Shown one piece after another: positions 19,864-29,145 of a stretch of DNA of 64,000 bases (its first letter is position 1; each line of letters starts with the position of its first letter). Under the pieces are notes generated by a model. It was not told the DNA's origin, searched no databases, and was given only the letters and a program-made list of their open reading frames with translations. The position numbers were made by a program, and so were the translations under genes. Source of the DNA: Candidatus Cybelea sp. (GTDB lineage Bacteria; Vulcanimicrobiota; Vulcanimicrobiia; Vulcanimicrobiales; Vulcanimicrobiaceae); the NCBI GenBank assembly GCA_035656195.1, contig DASRSZ010000051.1, positions 4,361-68,360 on the forward strand, written 5' to 3'.

Positions 19864-20370
19864 TTAGCGCGACGTAGCTCCGGCGGGCTCGTACTGGCCG
19901 GTGCAGGAATAGCGGTTAGTTCCAGCAGTCGGCCCGGCGCTAAATTTGCATGTACCCTTCGCCGTAATACCGTTCATCTTGCCAGTGCCGCCGGCCGCCG
20001 TGAACACACCGGTACCTGATTGCACAACGTTGCCCTTAGTCACCAATGAAAGATCGTACTGGTAATAAATTTTGTCGCCGGTGCTAAAGGTAACCGTATA
20101 GACCCCCGAACCCTTAATATGGGTCGCCGTAATGTCGTCGCGTTCGGCGTATTGACCACCGGTGGCCGTTGCGCCGCCGACTGCTTCTTTGTCGGTGCAT
20201 TTCCCACGCGAAAGCCCGAGGGTGTGGCCTGGATCTCCGGCGGGAATGCTCCGTTGGAAGAAGGCCTTGCAGGTACCGGAAAACGTGTAGCTCGTCTGTG
20301 CCGAGGCTGTCGTAATGGCAAGCGCGATCAACGCGCAGCCGCACAAAATCGTGCCGATCGTCAGTTTCAT
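19864..20370 (-). CDS. Small secreted Cys-containing hypothetical protein
   Basis: Signal peptide 'MKLTIGTILCGCALIALAITTASA'. A GGAGG lies 5 nt upstream of ATG 20370. It is 39 nt downstream of the Gly-rich lipoprotein gene on the same strand. Confidence 0.55.
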   Translation of the reverse strand: MKLTIGTILCGCALIALAITTASAQTSYTFSGTCKAFFQRSIPAGDPGHTLGLSRGKCTDKEAVGGATATGGQYAERDDITATHIKGSGVYTVTFSTGDKIYYQYDLSLVTKGNVVQSGTGVFTAAGGTGKMNGITAKGTCKFSAGPTAGTNRYSCTGQYEPAGATSR

Positions 20371-20421
20371 GGTGCCCTCCAATCGCGAGACGATTCCAGA
20401 CCCGGCTGACGCTCCCTTGCC

Positions 20422-21336
20422 TTACCAGCTAACGGCGATGACACCATTGCCCGTTGCGTTTTTCCAGCCGCGCCACTCGCGATGCGAAACTGCCCTCGAC
20501 TCGATAAACGACGAGCCGCCACCGCCGCCACCACCGCTCGCGCCAACGAACGAGTCGCTGCCACCGCCGCCGCCGCCGCCTGCACCGTAGTAGCCTCCGC
20601 CACCACCGCCGCCACCGCCGGCACCGCCGACGCCTGCCGACGAACCGCCGTTACCGCCGAGGCCGCGTGATCCGCTATGCCCAGGATAACCATAATAGTA
20701 GCCGGCGTTGCCTCCGGCGCCGCCATGCCCGCCGCGATGCTGCGTGCCGCCGCCACCACCGCCTCCGGCTCCGGTGGTGCCGCCACCGCCCTGGCCGAGT
20801 CCTCCGAAGCGAGCGCCGCCCTTTCCGCCTGCGCCGCCGCTCGTACTGGAGCCGCCGCCACCCATTCCACCGCCGCCGGCAGCAATCAGAACGCGATCGG
20901 TAAGCTTATCGCCGCCCTCGCGTACATCGGAAGCGCCTCCACCGCCGAATCCGCCGCTTCCCGACGTCCCAGCGCCGCCGCTACCGCCCCCGTTGTAGCC
21001 GCCATTCCCGGCGTTGCCCTGTCCGCCGACGTACACCGCCAACGTTTCTCCCGGAGTGACGGGGATCGTAGCGAGCGCCCGTGCCCCGAGGCCACCGATT
21101 GCGGCACCCTTCGCGCCAAGCGCATCAACCGTCAGCATCGTTACGTTCTTCGGAACCGTGAACTGCTGCGGTGTGCCGGTGTACGAGAACGTTTGCTTGT
21201 GTGTAAGCGACGTCGCGAGACCATCCGCCGAAGGCAGTACCTCGCTATTCGTCGCGCTTTGACAAGCCGACAGGAACGCAGCTGCAACAGTAAGTGAAAC
21301 CGTCGCTCGTATTTGGCCGCCGCGAAGTGCAATCAT
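20422..21336 (-). CDS. Glycine-rich domain lipoprotein (PF12810 'Gly_rich'-like)
   Basis: Lipobox 'FLSACQS'. 'FSYTGTPQQFTVPKNVTMLTVDALGAKG...VTPGETLAVYVGGQG' is the head pattern I associate with bacterial Gly_rich proteins. About 170 aa of G-rich sequence follows. Confidence 0.55.
   Translation of the reverse strand: MIALRGGQIRATVSLTVAAAFLSACQSATNSEVLPSADGLATSLTHKQTFSYTGTPQQFTVPKNVTMLTVDALGAKGAAIGGLGARALATIPVTPGETLAVYVGGQGNAGNGGYNGGGSGGAGTSGSGGFGGGGASDVREGGDKLTDRVLIAAGGGGMGGGGSSTSGGAGGKGGARFGGLGQGGGGTTGAGGGGGGGTQHRGGHGGAGGNAGYYYGYPGHSGSRGLGGNGGSSAGVGGAGGGGGGGGGYYGAGGGGGGGSDSFVGASGGGGGGGSSFIESRAVSHREWRGWKNATGNGVIAVSW
20509..21027 (-). repeat. Coding GGN-rich low-complexity tract
   Basis: Encodes poly-Gly runs. 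It also generates spurious Pro-, Ala- and Arg-rich ORFs in other frames and on the opposite strand. Confidence 0.9.
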
Positions 21337-21448
21337 CCGGATCCTCCTCGCAAAAGATCGACGCAGTGCCCAGCTAGGTTCCGCCGCGTCCGCGTTTGAG
21401 CCTGGCCACGCATTTTAACTTGACACACCATGTTACGATATTGCTGCT

Positions 21449-21556
21449 ATGAAAACCGCCGTTCGGTTCACGCCCCTTTCTTTCGCGCAGAGATAGAACC
21501 CGGAACCGGACTCTAGTCGTCGGATACCGGGCCTCGCCCCGGTATCTTTGTTTTTA
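21449..21556 (+). promoter_or_regulatory. Candidate attenuator: 15-codon leader ORF plus intrinsic terminator upstream of the MFS efflux gene
   Basis: Leader ORF at 21449-21496 encodes MKTAVRFTPLSFAQR. A perfect 9-bp stem 'gataccggg' (21523-31) / 'cccggtatc' (21538-46) is followed by 'tttgttttta'. GGAG at 21561 and GTG at 21574 then start the MFS gene. No upstream plus-strand gene exists for this hairpin to terminate. Confidence 0.45.
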
Positions 21557-21573
21557 TAGCGGAGAATGCAAAC

Positions 21574-23022
21574 GTGCCACTCGTCTTCAAATTAGATAAG
21601 CGCTGGACAGCCCTCATCATACTTTGTACGGGAATGTTGATGATCGTTCTCGACAGCACGGTCGTCACCGTAGCACTTCCGTCGATTAAACGCGATCTCG
21701 GCTTCAGCAATGCGAACCTCGCCTGGCCGGTAAACGCGTATTTGATCGCCTTCGGCGGGACGCTGCTGCTTGCCGGTCGTCTTGGCGATCTGATCGGCAC
21801 GAAGCGAATATTCATGATAGGCCTGTTCGTTTTTACAGCCGCGTCGCTGCTGTGCAGCCTGTCTAACTCTCAATGGATGTTGATCGCCGCGCGGTTCGTC
21901 CAGGGGCTGGGTGGAGCGATGGCAGCGGCCGTGATACTCGCGATGATCTACACAACGTTTACCAATGCGAACGAGCGCGCTAAAGCACTCTCGGTGTTCA
22001 GTTTCACGGCGTCCGCCGGCGGATCGGTAGGTTTGCTCGTGGGCGGCGGTATTACTCAGGCGATGAACTGGCACTGGATCTTCGCGGTGAACATTCCGAT
22101 CGGCATCGTGGCGTACGCGTCCGCCCGGCGGATCATTTCAGATTCGAATGGTATAGGTTTCCGGGAGGGCGCCGACATCACCGGCGCGGCGTTCCTGACG
22201 ACGGCACTCATGCTGGCGGTCTACGCGGTCGTCGAAGTTCCACAAACTGGTATATCATTGCGAATGGTTATCGCAGCTAGCCTAAGCATCGTGCTTCTTG
22301 CAGCTTTTATCGTTCGACAGGGTCGCGTCGAGAAACCGCTGCTGCCGTTGGGTGTCTTTCGAAGACCCAACGTTACGTGGAGCAACGTGTTGCAAATCGT
22401 TATCGTAACCGGCTTATACGCGTTCTTTTTCCTCTATGCGCTGTATCTGCGAGGCGTGATGCACTACGATGCGATCGGAACGGGGCTGGCGTTCCTCCCG
22501 GTGACGCTCGCGATCGGGATTCTCTCCGTGGGACCGTCCGCGTGGTTAATGAAGCGTTTTGGGCCGAAGGTTCCGCTCGTGGCGGGTCTTGCCGTCTCGG
22601 CGGGTGGTTTGGCAATCTTCGCGCTCGCACCACTGCAAGCACCCTATCTGAGCGTGATCTTCCCCGGAATGACGCTCGTGGGGGTTGGTTTAGGCGTCGC
22701 GTTTCCGTGCATCATGGATTTTGCAATGTCGAGTGCGACGCCAACCGATTCGGGTTTGATTTCAGGCCTGGTCAATACGACGGCGGAGGTCGGTGGGGCG
22801 TTAGGCCTTGCGGTGGTTGCGGCCATTGCAGCTTCACGTACCAATTACGTTGCTGCAGCGGGCAACTCAATGTCGACGGCACTCGTGGCGGGCTACCAGC
22901 TTGCCTTTGCAATCTGCACGATTTGCCTCATCGGTGGTGCCGTTATGGCTCTGGCCGCTCTTCAATCGGGAAAAACAGCGGAATTGCCTCAAGCACAACC
23001 GGGTGACCCAGAGGTCGCGTAG
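21574..23022 (+). CDS. MFS transporter, DHA2 (EmrB/QacA-like, 14-TM) drug:H+ antiporter family
   Basis: 'LDSTVVTVALPSIKRDLGFS', 'AGRLGDLIGTKR' and about 14 hydrophobic segments. Length 482 aa. Confidence 0.85.
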   Translation: MPLVFKLDKRWTALIILCTGMLMIVLDSTVVTVALPSIKRDLGFSNANLAWPVNAYLIAFGGTLLLAGRLGDLIGTKRIFMIGLFVFTAASLLCSLSNSQWMLIAARFVQGLGGAMAAAVILAMIYTTFTNANERAKALSVFSFTASAGGSVGLLVGGGITQAMNWHWIFAVNIPIGIVAYASARRIISDSNGIGFREGADITGAAFLTTALMLAVYAVVEVPQTGISLRMVIAASLSIVLLAAFIVRQGRVEKPLLPLGVFRRPNVTWSNVLQIVIVTGLYAFFFLYALYLRGVMHYDAIGTGLAFLPVTLAIGILSVGPSAWLMKRFGPKVPLVAGLAVSAGGLAIFALAPLQAPYLSVIFPGMTLVGVGLGVAFPCIMDFAMSSATPTDSGLISGLVNTTAEVGGALGLAVVAAIAASRTNYVAAAGNSMSTALVAGYQLAFAICTICLIGGAVMALAALQSGKTAELPQAQPGDPEVA

Positions 23023-24179
23023 TACTCGGTCCACTTGATGCGGCCGGTCGCCTGCATGACCACGAAGAGCGTGATGATTGCTCCGATCGTAATAGTAAGT
23101 CCGCTCCAGCCTTCATTGAACAATGCGTACGAGAACAGCACGAGATAGATAAGCTGCGCGAGCCCGCTCTGGACGGCGGCGAATTGCCAACCCACGACCA
23201 GCCGTAAGTAGGAAATCGTCAGAAAGAGCGTGACCGCCGAGCAGATAACGAACGCGGCCTCGAGCGGGATGCGGTCGACCAAATACGCGAAGAGCAGATG
23301 AAACGCGAAGAATGACGCGGCGAGGAAGAAGTAGTTGATGGGATGCAAGTCGATCTTGCGCAGCGTCGTGATCACGAGCATCACGAAGAAGTAGAAGAAG
23401 AGGGCGACCGGCGCCCAAAATGTGATGCGCTGCGCAAGGGGACCAGGCTGAAGCGGATACGGGAACGCCATCCCGATTCCGTTGCCGGTAACGAGCGTCG
23501 CATAGTGCCACTGCAGGCGCCGGCCATTTCCGAACTGCTCCTCGCTGTTGGGCAGTAAGGTCTGCGGCGGAAAGTCGATGGCATTGAAATTCGTCGTCAT
23601 CGTCAGCGCGAAATCGTTCACCGACTCGACGCCGCTGCCGAAACGATAGAGCCAGGTCCCCATGCCCTGCGACCGGTAGCCGACGTTGAACCAGGTTTCT
23701 TGGCCCGGCGCGAGATCAAACGCAACGCAGCTTTTGTCGAGGGCGGCTACGTCGGTTACGCGATGTTTGCCGATGAAAGCATTGAAATCGGCGTAGGTCC
23801 CGTCCGTCGAGGGAAATGGGAATGCCACCAAGAGCCGGCGGCTGCTCGTGTCATTTCGGATCCGGTAGTGCGCATAGAAAGTCGCGTCGTAGAGGTTGTA
23901 CCAGAGCAGCCCGTCACGCCGCTGCTCGAGATCGAGCTTGACGTCGATCCGGCTGCTGCGAACCGGAACGGTGACGGTTTCGTAGCCTCGATTGACTGCG
24001 ATCCGCGCGCTGACGTGCGGCGCCGATTGCGTTTGCGCGCTGCCCCACTGAGCGGCAAGCTTTTCGCGCTGACTGGAATCGGAGTCGCTCGTGCGCTGTA
24101 CGAGCGTCGCGCCGAGAATCATCCAGGCGAGGCTGGTCGAGCCGAAGATGAACGCTATGGCGACAAGGCGTTTGAGCAT
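22989..24179 (-). CDS. CreD-like inner-membrane protein
   Basis: N-terminal TM segment, a ~250-aa soluble region, then a C-terminal cluster of TM helices, which is the CreD-type architecture. GGAGAGG precedes ATG 24179. Homology is not verified. Confidence 0.45.
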   Translation of the reverse strand: MLKRLVAIAFIFGSTSLAWMILGATLVQRTSDSDSSQREKLAAQWGSAQTQSAPHVSARIAVNRGYETVTVPVRSSRIDVKLDLEQRRDGLLWYNLYDATFYAHYRIRNDTSSRRLLVAFPFPSTDGTYADFNAFIGKHRVTDVAALDKSCVAFDLAPGQETWFNVGYRSQGMGTWLYRFGSGVESVNDFALTMTTNFNAIDFPPQTLLPNSEEQFGNGRRLQWHYATLVTGNGIGMAFPYPLQPGPLAQRITFWAPVALFFYFFVMLVITTLRKIDLHPINYFFLAASFFAFHLLFAYLVDRIPLEAAFVICSAVTLFLTISYLRLVVGWQFAAVQSGLAQLIYLVLFSYALFNEGWSGLTITIGAIITLFVVMQATGRIKWTEYYATSGSPGCA

Positions 24180-24303
24180 TGAAACCTCTCCGGCGCAGGG
24201 CCGCTTACTCTGCAACGCAAAGTTTATTACTTTGTACCACAAAGTTAGCGAGGACGCAATAGCCCGGGCGGCAACATCGAACTCTCGACGTCTTACGAGC
24301 TGA

Positions 24304-25020
24304 TTAACCCGTAGCGGCGCTAGCTGCTTCGTTCCACTTCTTGGCGTTCACGCCCATCACGAGAAGCCAAAGCATCAGCGACCCTTCACCGGCGAGCGTG
24401 CCTAATGAGGTGAAAGTGGAAACGGCGTCTGCAAACGCCGGCGCGATAAAGTTTCCGAAGGTGGTGATCAGCCAGCAGACACCCGCGAGCGTCATGAGCA
24501 CGCCCAGGGTTCGCGGGAAAAAGGTTGACCTAAAAATGAGATAGCCGACTATGGCACAATAGAATCCGAAGAACACCAAGGCGATCAGGTAACCTTGCCC
24601 GTGCAACCTCAGCGAGAGGTACGCCATCGCTTGCAGTTGCGCTGGGCTAAACGTCGCCAAGTAGCGTCCGCCCCCTAACAAGAGCATCGGCGCAATATGG
24701 CCGAGAGTGCTTGCGGCGACGATCGCGTTTCCACAGAGGCCGAAGAACGCCGCAAGCAACGAAAGTCTTGCATTCACTGGCTTCAGCAGGTCGTACAAAA
24801 GGAGCGTCACGACGATGTACGCTGCAATCCCGATAAGATCTGCAGCAAAGCCGAGTCGGTACAAGGACTCTGACGCCATGATGTTCCGCGCCGTCGCCGC
24901 CGCATCGCCAGACACGATGAGATGTCCGCGAACGACGGCTTCGGCATAGATGCCGAGCACAATTGAGATAAAATAGCAGACCCCGGCGATTCTGGCACGT
25001 AAAAGCGGTGAGGCGCCCAT
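24304..25020 (-). CDS. DUF4386-like membrane protein
   Basis: 'RIAGVCYFISIVLGIYAEAVVRGHLIVSGDAAATARNIMASESLYRLGF' matches the DUF4386 N-terminal pattern as I recall it. There are about 6 TM segments. Confidence 0.5.
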   Translation of the reverse strand: MGASPLLRARIAGVCYFISIVLGIYAEAVVRGHLIVSGDAAATARNIMASESLYRLGFAADLIGIAAYIVVTLLLYDLLKPVNARLSLLAAFFGLCGNAIVAASTLGHIAPMLLLGGGRYLATFSPAQLQAMAYLSLRLHGQGYLIALVFFGFYCAIVGYLIFRSTFFPRTLGVLMTLAGVCWLITTFGNFIAPAFADAVSTFTSLGTLAGEGSLMLWLLVMGVNAKKWNEAASAATG

Positions 25021-25100
25021 AGCATCGCTGATTCGGCGTTGCGCGATTGATTGCTGCCCGCCGACTGAAACAATCGTCGCGCGGCGCTTGTAAGCCAGAC

Positions 25101-26102
25101 ATGAAGGCTGCGGTTTATACCGGATACGGCTCGCCGGATGTTCTGCAGATCAGAGACGTCGAGAAACCCGTTCCCAAAAACGACGAAGTTTTGATCAGGG
25201 TGCGTGCAGCGTCGGTCAATGCAGTGGATTGGCGCTTGATGCGGGGGAATCCATACGTTCTTCGGCTCATGGTCGGACTGCGCGAATCAAAAATCGGGCC
25301 GGGGCGGGATGTCGCCGGCGAAGTTGAAGCAGGCGGCGCAAGTGTAACCGAGTTCAAGCCCGGAGACTCCGTATTCGGCACGTGTCACGGCGCGTTTGCC
25401 GAGTATGCCTGCGCACGCGAATCGAGAATGGCGAAGATGCCGGAGAACGTGACGTTCGAACAAGCCGCCTGCGTTCCGTTCGCCGGATCGATCGCATTGC
25501 AGGGTCTGCGCAAAGGGCGGATTGCGGCGGGCTGCAGCGTTTTGATCAACGGTGCATCGGGAGGCGTCGGCAGCTGCGCGGTGCAGATCGCGAAAGCGTT
25601 CGGCGCCGAGGTTACCGGGGTCTGCAGCACTCGCAACGTGGAACTGGTGCGATCGCTCGGCGCGGATCATGTCATCGATTACATGCGAGAGGATTTCACG
25701 AAGGCCGCTCAACGATACGATGGGATTTTCGATTGCGTTACGAATCATTCGCTCGCCGAATGCCGGCGTGCGCTGCGTCCCGACGGCATTTGTGTCGTTG
25801 CCGGAGCACCGCGGTCGCTATCGACGACCGGCTTCTTTGTCCATTTGATCAAACCGTTGCTGTATTCACGGTTTGTCAGCCAAAAATTCGTCATCTTCAC
25901 GGCGAAATCCGACAAACAGGATTTGCTTTCGATTCGCGATCTCTTAGAATCCGGAAAGCTTACGCCCGCCATCGACCGGCGTTACGGCTTGAGCGAGATC
26001 GCCGACGCTGTCGGATATGTTGAGGAAGGCCACGCCCGCGGCAAGGTCGTCGTCTATCCGCTGTGTCGCGGCTTGCCGAAGTCCGGGTCAAATGGCATAT
26101 GA
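25101..26102 (+). CDS. NAD(P)-dependent medium-chain dehydrogenase/reductase (quinone oxidoreductase-like)
   Basis: 'MKAAVYTGYGSPDVLQIRDVEKPVP', 'VLINGASGGVGSCAVQIAK' Rossmann motif, and 'GHARGKVVV' near the C-terminus. Confidence 0.8.
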   Translation: MKAAVYTGYGSPDVLQIRDVEKPVPKNDEVLIRVRAASVNAVDWRLMRGNPYVLRLMVGLRESKIGPGRDVAGEVEAGGASVTEFKPGDSVFGTCHGAFAEYACARESRMAKMPENVTFEQAACVPFAGSIALQGLRKGRIAAGCSVLINGASGGVGSCAVQIAKAFGAEVTGVCSTRNVELVRSLGADHVIDYMREDFTKAAQRYDGIFDCVTNHSLAECRRALRPDGICVVAGAPRSLSTTGFFVHLIKPLLYSRFVSQKFVIFTAKSDKQDLLSIRDLLESGKLTPAIDRRYGLSEIADAVGYVEEGHARGKVVVYPLCRGLPKSGSNGI

Positions 26103-27595
26103 TCCGAACGACACACCGTTCCGCGTCCCGGCGTAATGAGAGTGACTAAATATCTGCGCACCGCGTGTTCCACGCACGCACTGGGATCTGCAGGGCTGGT
26201 GTGACCGTAGCCGTCGTGCGTTAGCAGAATCGCGTTGCCTAAGAGATGTTCGAGGCGCTGCGCATTGACAAATGGGGTGTTCGGATCGAATCGGGTTCCG
26301 ATGATAAGCACCGGGATTTTGGTGACGGCGTTCCAGGGCCCAGCGTAACGTTGAGCGCTAGCCGCGGGCCAGGAAGCGCAGGGTGCCCAGAGCGTCCAAC
26401 CCAGCACCGGCCCGTAAATGAAGCTGTCAGCGGTTAGTCGGCCGATAACCTGCGGCCAGGCGTGCGACGGTTGCCGCGCGGGGCTATCCGCGCAGCCGAT
26501 CGCTACTGCGGGCACGAGCAGCCCATAGCCCGACGGAGATCGGAGCTTGAGCGCCGCGATTTCCAGAGCCGAACCGTTGGCGCTTTCCGCAGCTCGGAAG
26601 TCCTTTGCAAGTTGCGGCCACTCGGCCGGATCTCGCAGCATCAAGAAAAGGGCCGTCAGCGCATCGCCATACGTTAGCTTTCCGCCGGGAGCTGATGGTG
26701 CCGAAACGGGGCCGCGGCGCAGGCGTGCCAACAACCGGTTGATTCGGAGCGCGACCGGACCGTGACCGGCAAGCTCGCACCGCGATGGACCTACGCGCTG
26801 ACACAGCGATTCGAATTTTTCGAAAATGAGATCCGTGTCGGCCATGGTGTTGGCGAGAGATGTTTCTCTTCCGGTCGTGTACGTAGGCGGATAGATGATC
26901 CCGTCGAGAACCATTGCGCGAACTCGGCGAGGAAACACGTTGGCGTATGTCGCTCCAAGAAAACTTCCATACGACCACCCCAAATACGTAAGCCGCCGCT
27001 CACCGAGCAGCTCGCGCAGGTAGTCCAGATCCCGTACCGTGTCGGCAGTTGAAATGTAGCGGAGAAGCGCGCCGCTCAACTCGCCGCAGCGGCGCGCAAA
27101 TTCGATGGTTTTGCGTAGGTAAGCTGGGGACGCAGCCTGGGTCATTGGAAATCCGACGTGGTCCCAAAACTTTGCGAGGCTCGCCGTGTTTGAGAAACAC
27201 TGCACGTGCGTGCTCGCACCGGTACCGCGCGGATCCCAACTGACGACATCGAAACGGCCCCCGGCGAGCGCGTCAAGGTCGTTGCCGTGCGCTTTCACCG
27301 TGTCGACACCCGAGACGCCCGGGCCGCCGGGGTTGAAGAACAGCAAACCAATGCGCTGGCGCGGTTGGCTCGCGATGTGGCGAATGACCGATAAGGTGAT
27401 CTGAGGCCCGCTAGGCCGGCTCCAGTCGAGCGGTGCGATCACCCGCGCGCACTGCACGTGCTTGCCACAGGCGCTCCAGACAATGTGTGGCGTAAATGGT
27501 ACTGAGTGCGAGGTCTGCCGGAACGCGCATGCGCATGCAAGCCAAGCTATGCACGCGACACCGCCGGCAATCTCCAGAGTTCGGTGCACTACCAC
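26054..27595 (-). CDS. Secreted alpha/beta hydrolase, tripeptidyl-aminopeptidase (TAP, S33)-like
   Basis: 'LFFNPGGPGVSG', the nucleophile elbow 'GWSYGS', a C-terminal 'DGYGH' and an N-terminal signal or anchor. It overlaps the convergent MDR gene by 49 nt. Confidence 0.7.
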   Translation of the reverse strand: MVVHRTLEIAGGVACIAWLACACAFRQTSHSVPFTPHIVWSACGKHVQCARVIAPLDWSRPSGPQITLSVIRHIASQPRQRIGLLFFNPGGPGVSGVDTVKAHGNDLDALAGGRFDVVSWDPRGTGASTHVQCFSNTASLAKFWDHVGFPMTQAASPAYLRKTIEFARRCGELSGALLRYISTADTVRDLDYLRELLGERRLTYLGWSYGSFLGATYANVFPRRVRAMVLDGIIYPPTYTTGRETSLANTMADTDLIFEKFESLCQRVGPSRCELAGHGPVALRINRLLARLRRGPVSAPSAPGGKLTYGDALTALFLMLRDPAEWPQLAKDFRAAESANGSALEIAALKLRSPSGYGLLVPAVAIGCADSPARQPSHAWPQVIGRLTADSFIYGPVLGWTLWAPCASWPAASAQRYAGPWNAVTKIPVLIIGTRFDPNTPFVNAQRLEHLLGNAILLTHDGYGHTSPADPSACVEHAVRRYLVTLITPGRGTVCRSDHMPFDPDFGKPRHSG

Positions 27596-28251
27596 AGGGT
27601 GATCTGGTCCAGCGTAACCTCGAGCGAGCCGTAATTAGGGTCGTGGTTGAGCGCATCGAAGGTGATGGCACCGTAGGGCGTATAGGCGATCTTCGTTGGA
27701 TAGCCGCCGTCCTTTCCGAATTTCGTAAATGCGACCGACCCGTAGAGCGTGATCGCGTCGAATTCACCGCTCTTGACGAGAAAGATGCCCGAGTAAGGTA
27801 CCTCTTCCCCGGGAGAAGTTGTTATGCCGCCCCCATATTTTCGATCGACAAAGCGCGTAAGCTCCGTTTGGCGATAGACGAGCGTGCGGGAACCGACGCG
27901 AGCATCCCGTTCGTAGAGCGTCGATCCAGGAGCGGTCTCACTCCGGAATGGCGTTCCCCTCGAAGTGTAACGAAGACCGTTAGCCGTAAATCCGAGGGCG
28001 ATGATTGAAACGTCATTATGTCCGGTATTGCGAACCGTTCCGTTGAAGCCGACTTGCACGAGGCCATTGCGCTCGGCGAGTCGATGAAGCGAACCCGACA
28101 GCAATACCGACGGTGGCTCGCTGGCCGGCTTAATTCGTTGCTCGTACGCGAAGATGTAGATCGCCCAGATGCCAGCGGCTAGGATGGCGATGATCTCGAT
28201 GAGATCGCGTGCCGGTGTCAAAGCGTGAGCCTCGTCGTGTCGCCTGAACAC
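27589..28251 (-). CDS. Hypothetical single-pass membrane protein
   Basis: One TM segment 'IIAILAAGIWAIYIFAY' followed by a ~170-aa beta-rich region. It overlaps the start of the downstream hydrolase gene by 7 nt, suggesting an operon. Confidence 0.5.
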   Translation of the reverse strand: MFRRHDEAHALTPARDLIEIIAILAAGIWAIYIFAYEQRIKPASEPPSVLLSGSLHRLAERNGLVQVGFNGTVRNTGHNDVSIIALGFTANGLRYTSRGTPFRSETAPGSTLYERDARVGSRTLVYRQTELTRFVDRKYGGGITTSPGEEVPYSGIFLVKSGEFDAITLYGSVAFTKFGKDGGYPTKIAYTPYGAITFDALNHDPNYGSLEVTLDQITLW

Positions 28252-28308
28252 GCCGCTTCCTTCGAGTCTTGAGGGAGTGCTCCCGCCGTGCGAGAAGAGG
28301 CCTCGATC

Positions 28309-29133
28309 ATGCGACAGGTTCTTTTAGCAGCGTGTCTCGTGACTTGCGGCGTGGTCTTCGGTTTTGCGTCCTCCGCACACCGCAGCAGCGCCGCGTCGAA
28401 CGGCGAGCTGATGGATGCGTACCGCGTCATCGCGAGGCACAATTTCGTTGACTTGACCCACACGTTCGGTCCGGGAATTGCGCACTGGCCGGGTTTCCCG
28501 GACGAAACGGTGCGCACGCTCTTTACCTATAAGAAAGTCGGCTTCTTTGCGCAGATGTTCTGCCACGTCGGTCAGTGGGGAACGCACGTCGATCCCCCGG
28601 CTCACTTTGCTCCGGGCGGCAAAACCGCCGACCAAATCGACCCAAAGCAAATGTTCCTGCCGCTGGTCGTGATCGACGTTCACGCAAAAGTCGCGCGCAA
28701 TCCCGATTACGTCCTTTCGATGAACGACGTTCGCGCGTGGGAGGCGGCGCATGGACAGATTCCGTTCGGATCGTTCGTCGCGATGCGCACCGATTGGTCG
28801 AAGCGTTGGCCGAGCGAAGCAGCGATGGAAAATAAAGACGCCAAGGGCGTCGCGCACTATCCGGGTTGGAGCCTACCCGTGCTGCAATACCTCTATCTCG
28901 AACGGCACGCAGTCGCGACCGGCCACGAAACGACCGACACCGATCCCGGAGCGGTCACGTCGCGTGGTCAGTATCCGCTCGAATCGTGGATCCTACACCA
29001 CGGGCACTACCAAATCGAGCTGCTCGCCAATCTCGATCGGGTACCCGAAGCCGAGTCCCTCGTCATGGTTACATTTCCCAAGCCCCGCGCCGGTTCGGGC
29101 TTTCCGGCGCGGGTGATAGCGATCGTCCAGTAG
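28309..29133 (+). CDS. Secreted cyclase-family protein (kynurenine formamidase-like, PF04199)
   Basis: 'HVGQWGTHVDPPAHF' fits the HxGTHxDxPxH motif. A signal peptide follows ATG 28309. Confidence 0.7.
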   Translation: MRQVLLAACLVTCGVVFGFASSAHRSSAASNGELMDAYRVIARHNFVDLTHTFGPGIAHWPGFPDETVRTLFTYKKVGFFAQMFCHVGQWGTHVDPPAHFAPGGKTADQIDPKQMFLPLVVIDVHAKVARNPDYVLSMNDVRAWEAAHGQIPFGSFVAMRTDWSKRWPSEAAMENKDAKGVAHYPGWSLPVLQYLYLERHAVATGHETTDTDPGAVTSRGQYPLESWILHHGHYQIELLANLDRVPEAESLVMVTFPKPRAGSGFPARVIAIVQ

Positions 29134-29145
29134 CAACAGAACTTT

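Noticed and set aside
20367-21297. Several overlapping ORFs (20367..20885 on the minus strand; 20677..21297 and 20708..20998 on the plus strand) rich in Ala, Pro and Arg.
   Set aside because: These are frame and strand artefacts of the GGN-rich coding repeat of the glycine-rich lipoprotein gene. Only the 20422..21336 frame has a signal peptide, a lipobox and a structured head domain.
21420-21425. A perfect TTGACA hexamer considered as a -35 box for the MFS leader.
   Set aside because: No acceptable -10 hexamer lies 16-18 nt downstream (the candidates are gctgct, tgctgc and ctgcta). The extended -10-like TGtTACGAT at 21431 is the more plausible element, so TTGACA alone is not called as a promoter.
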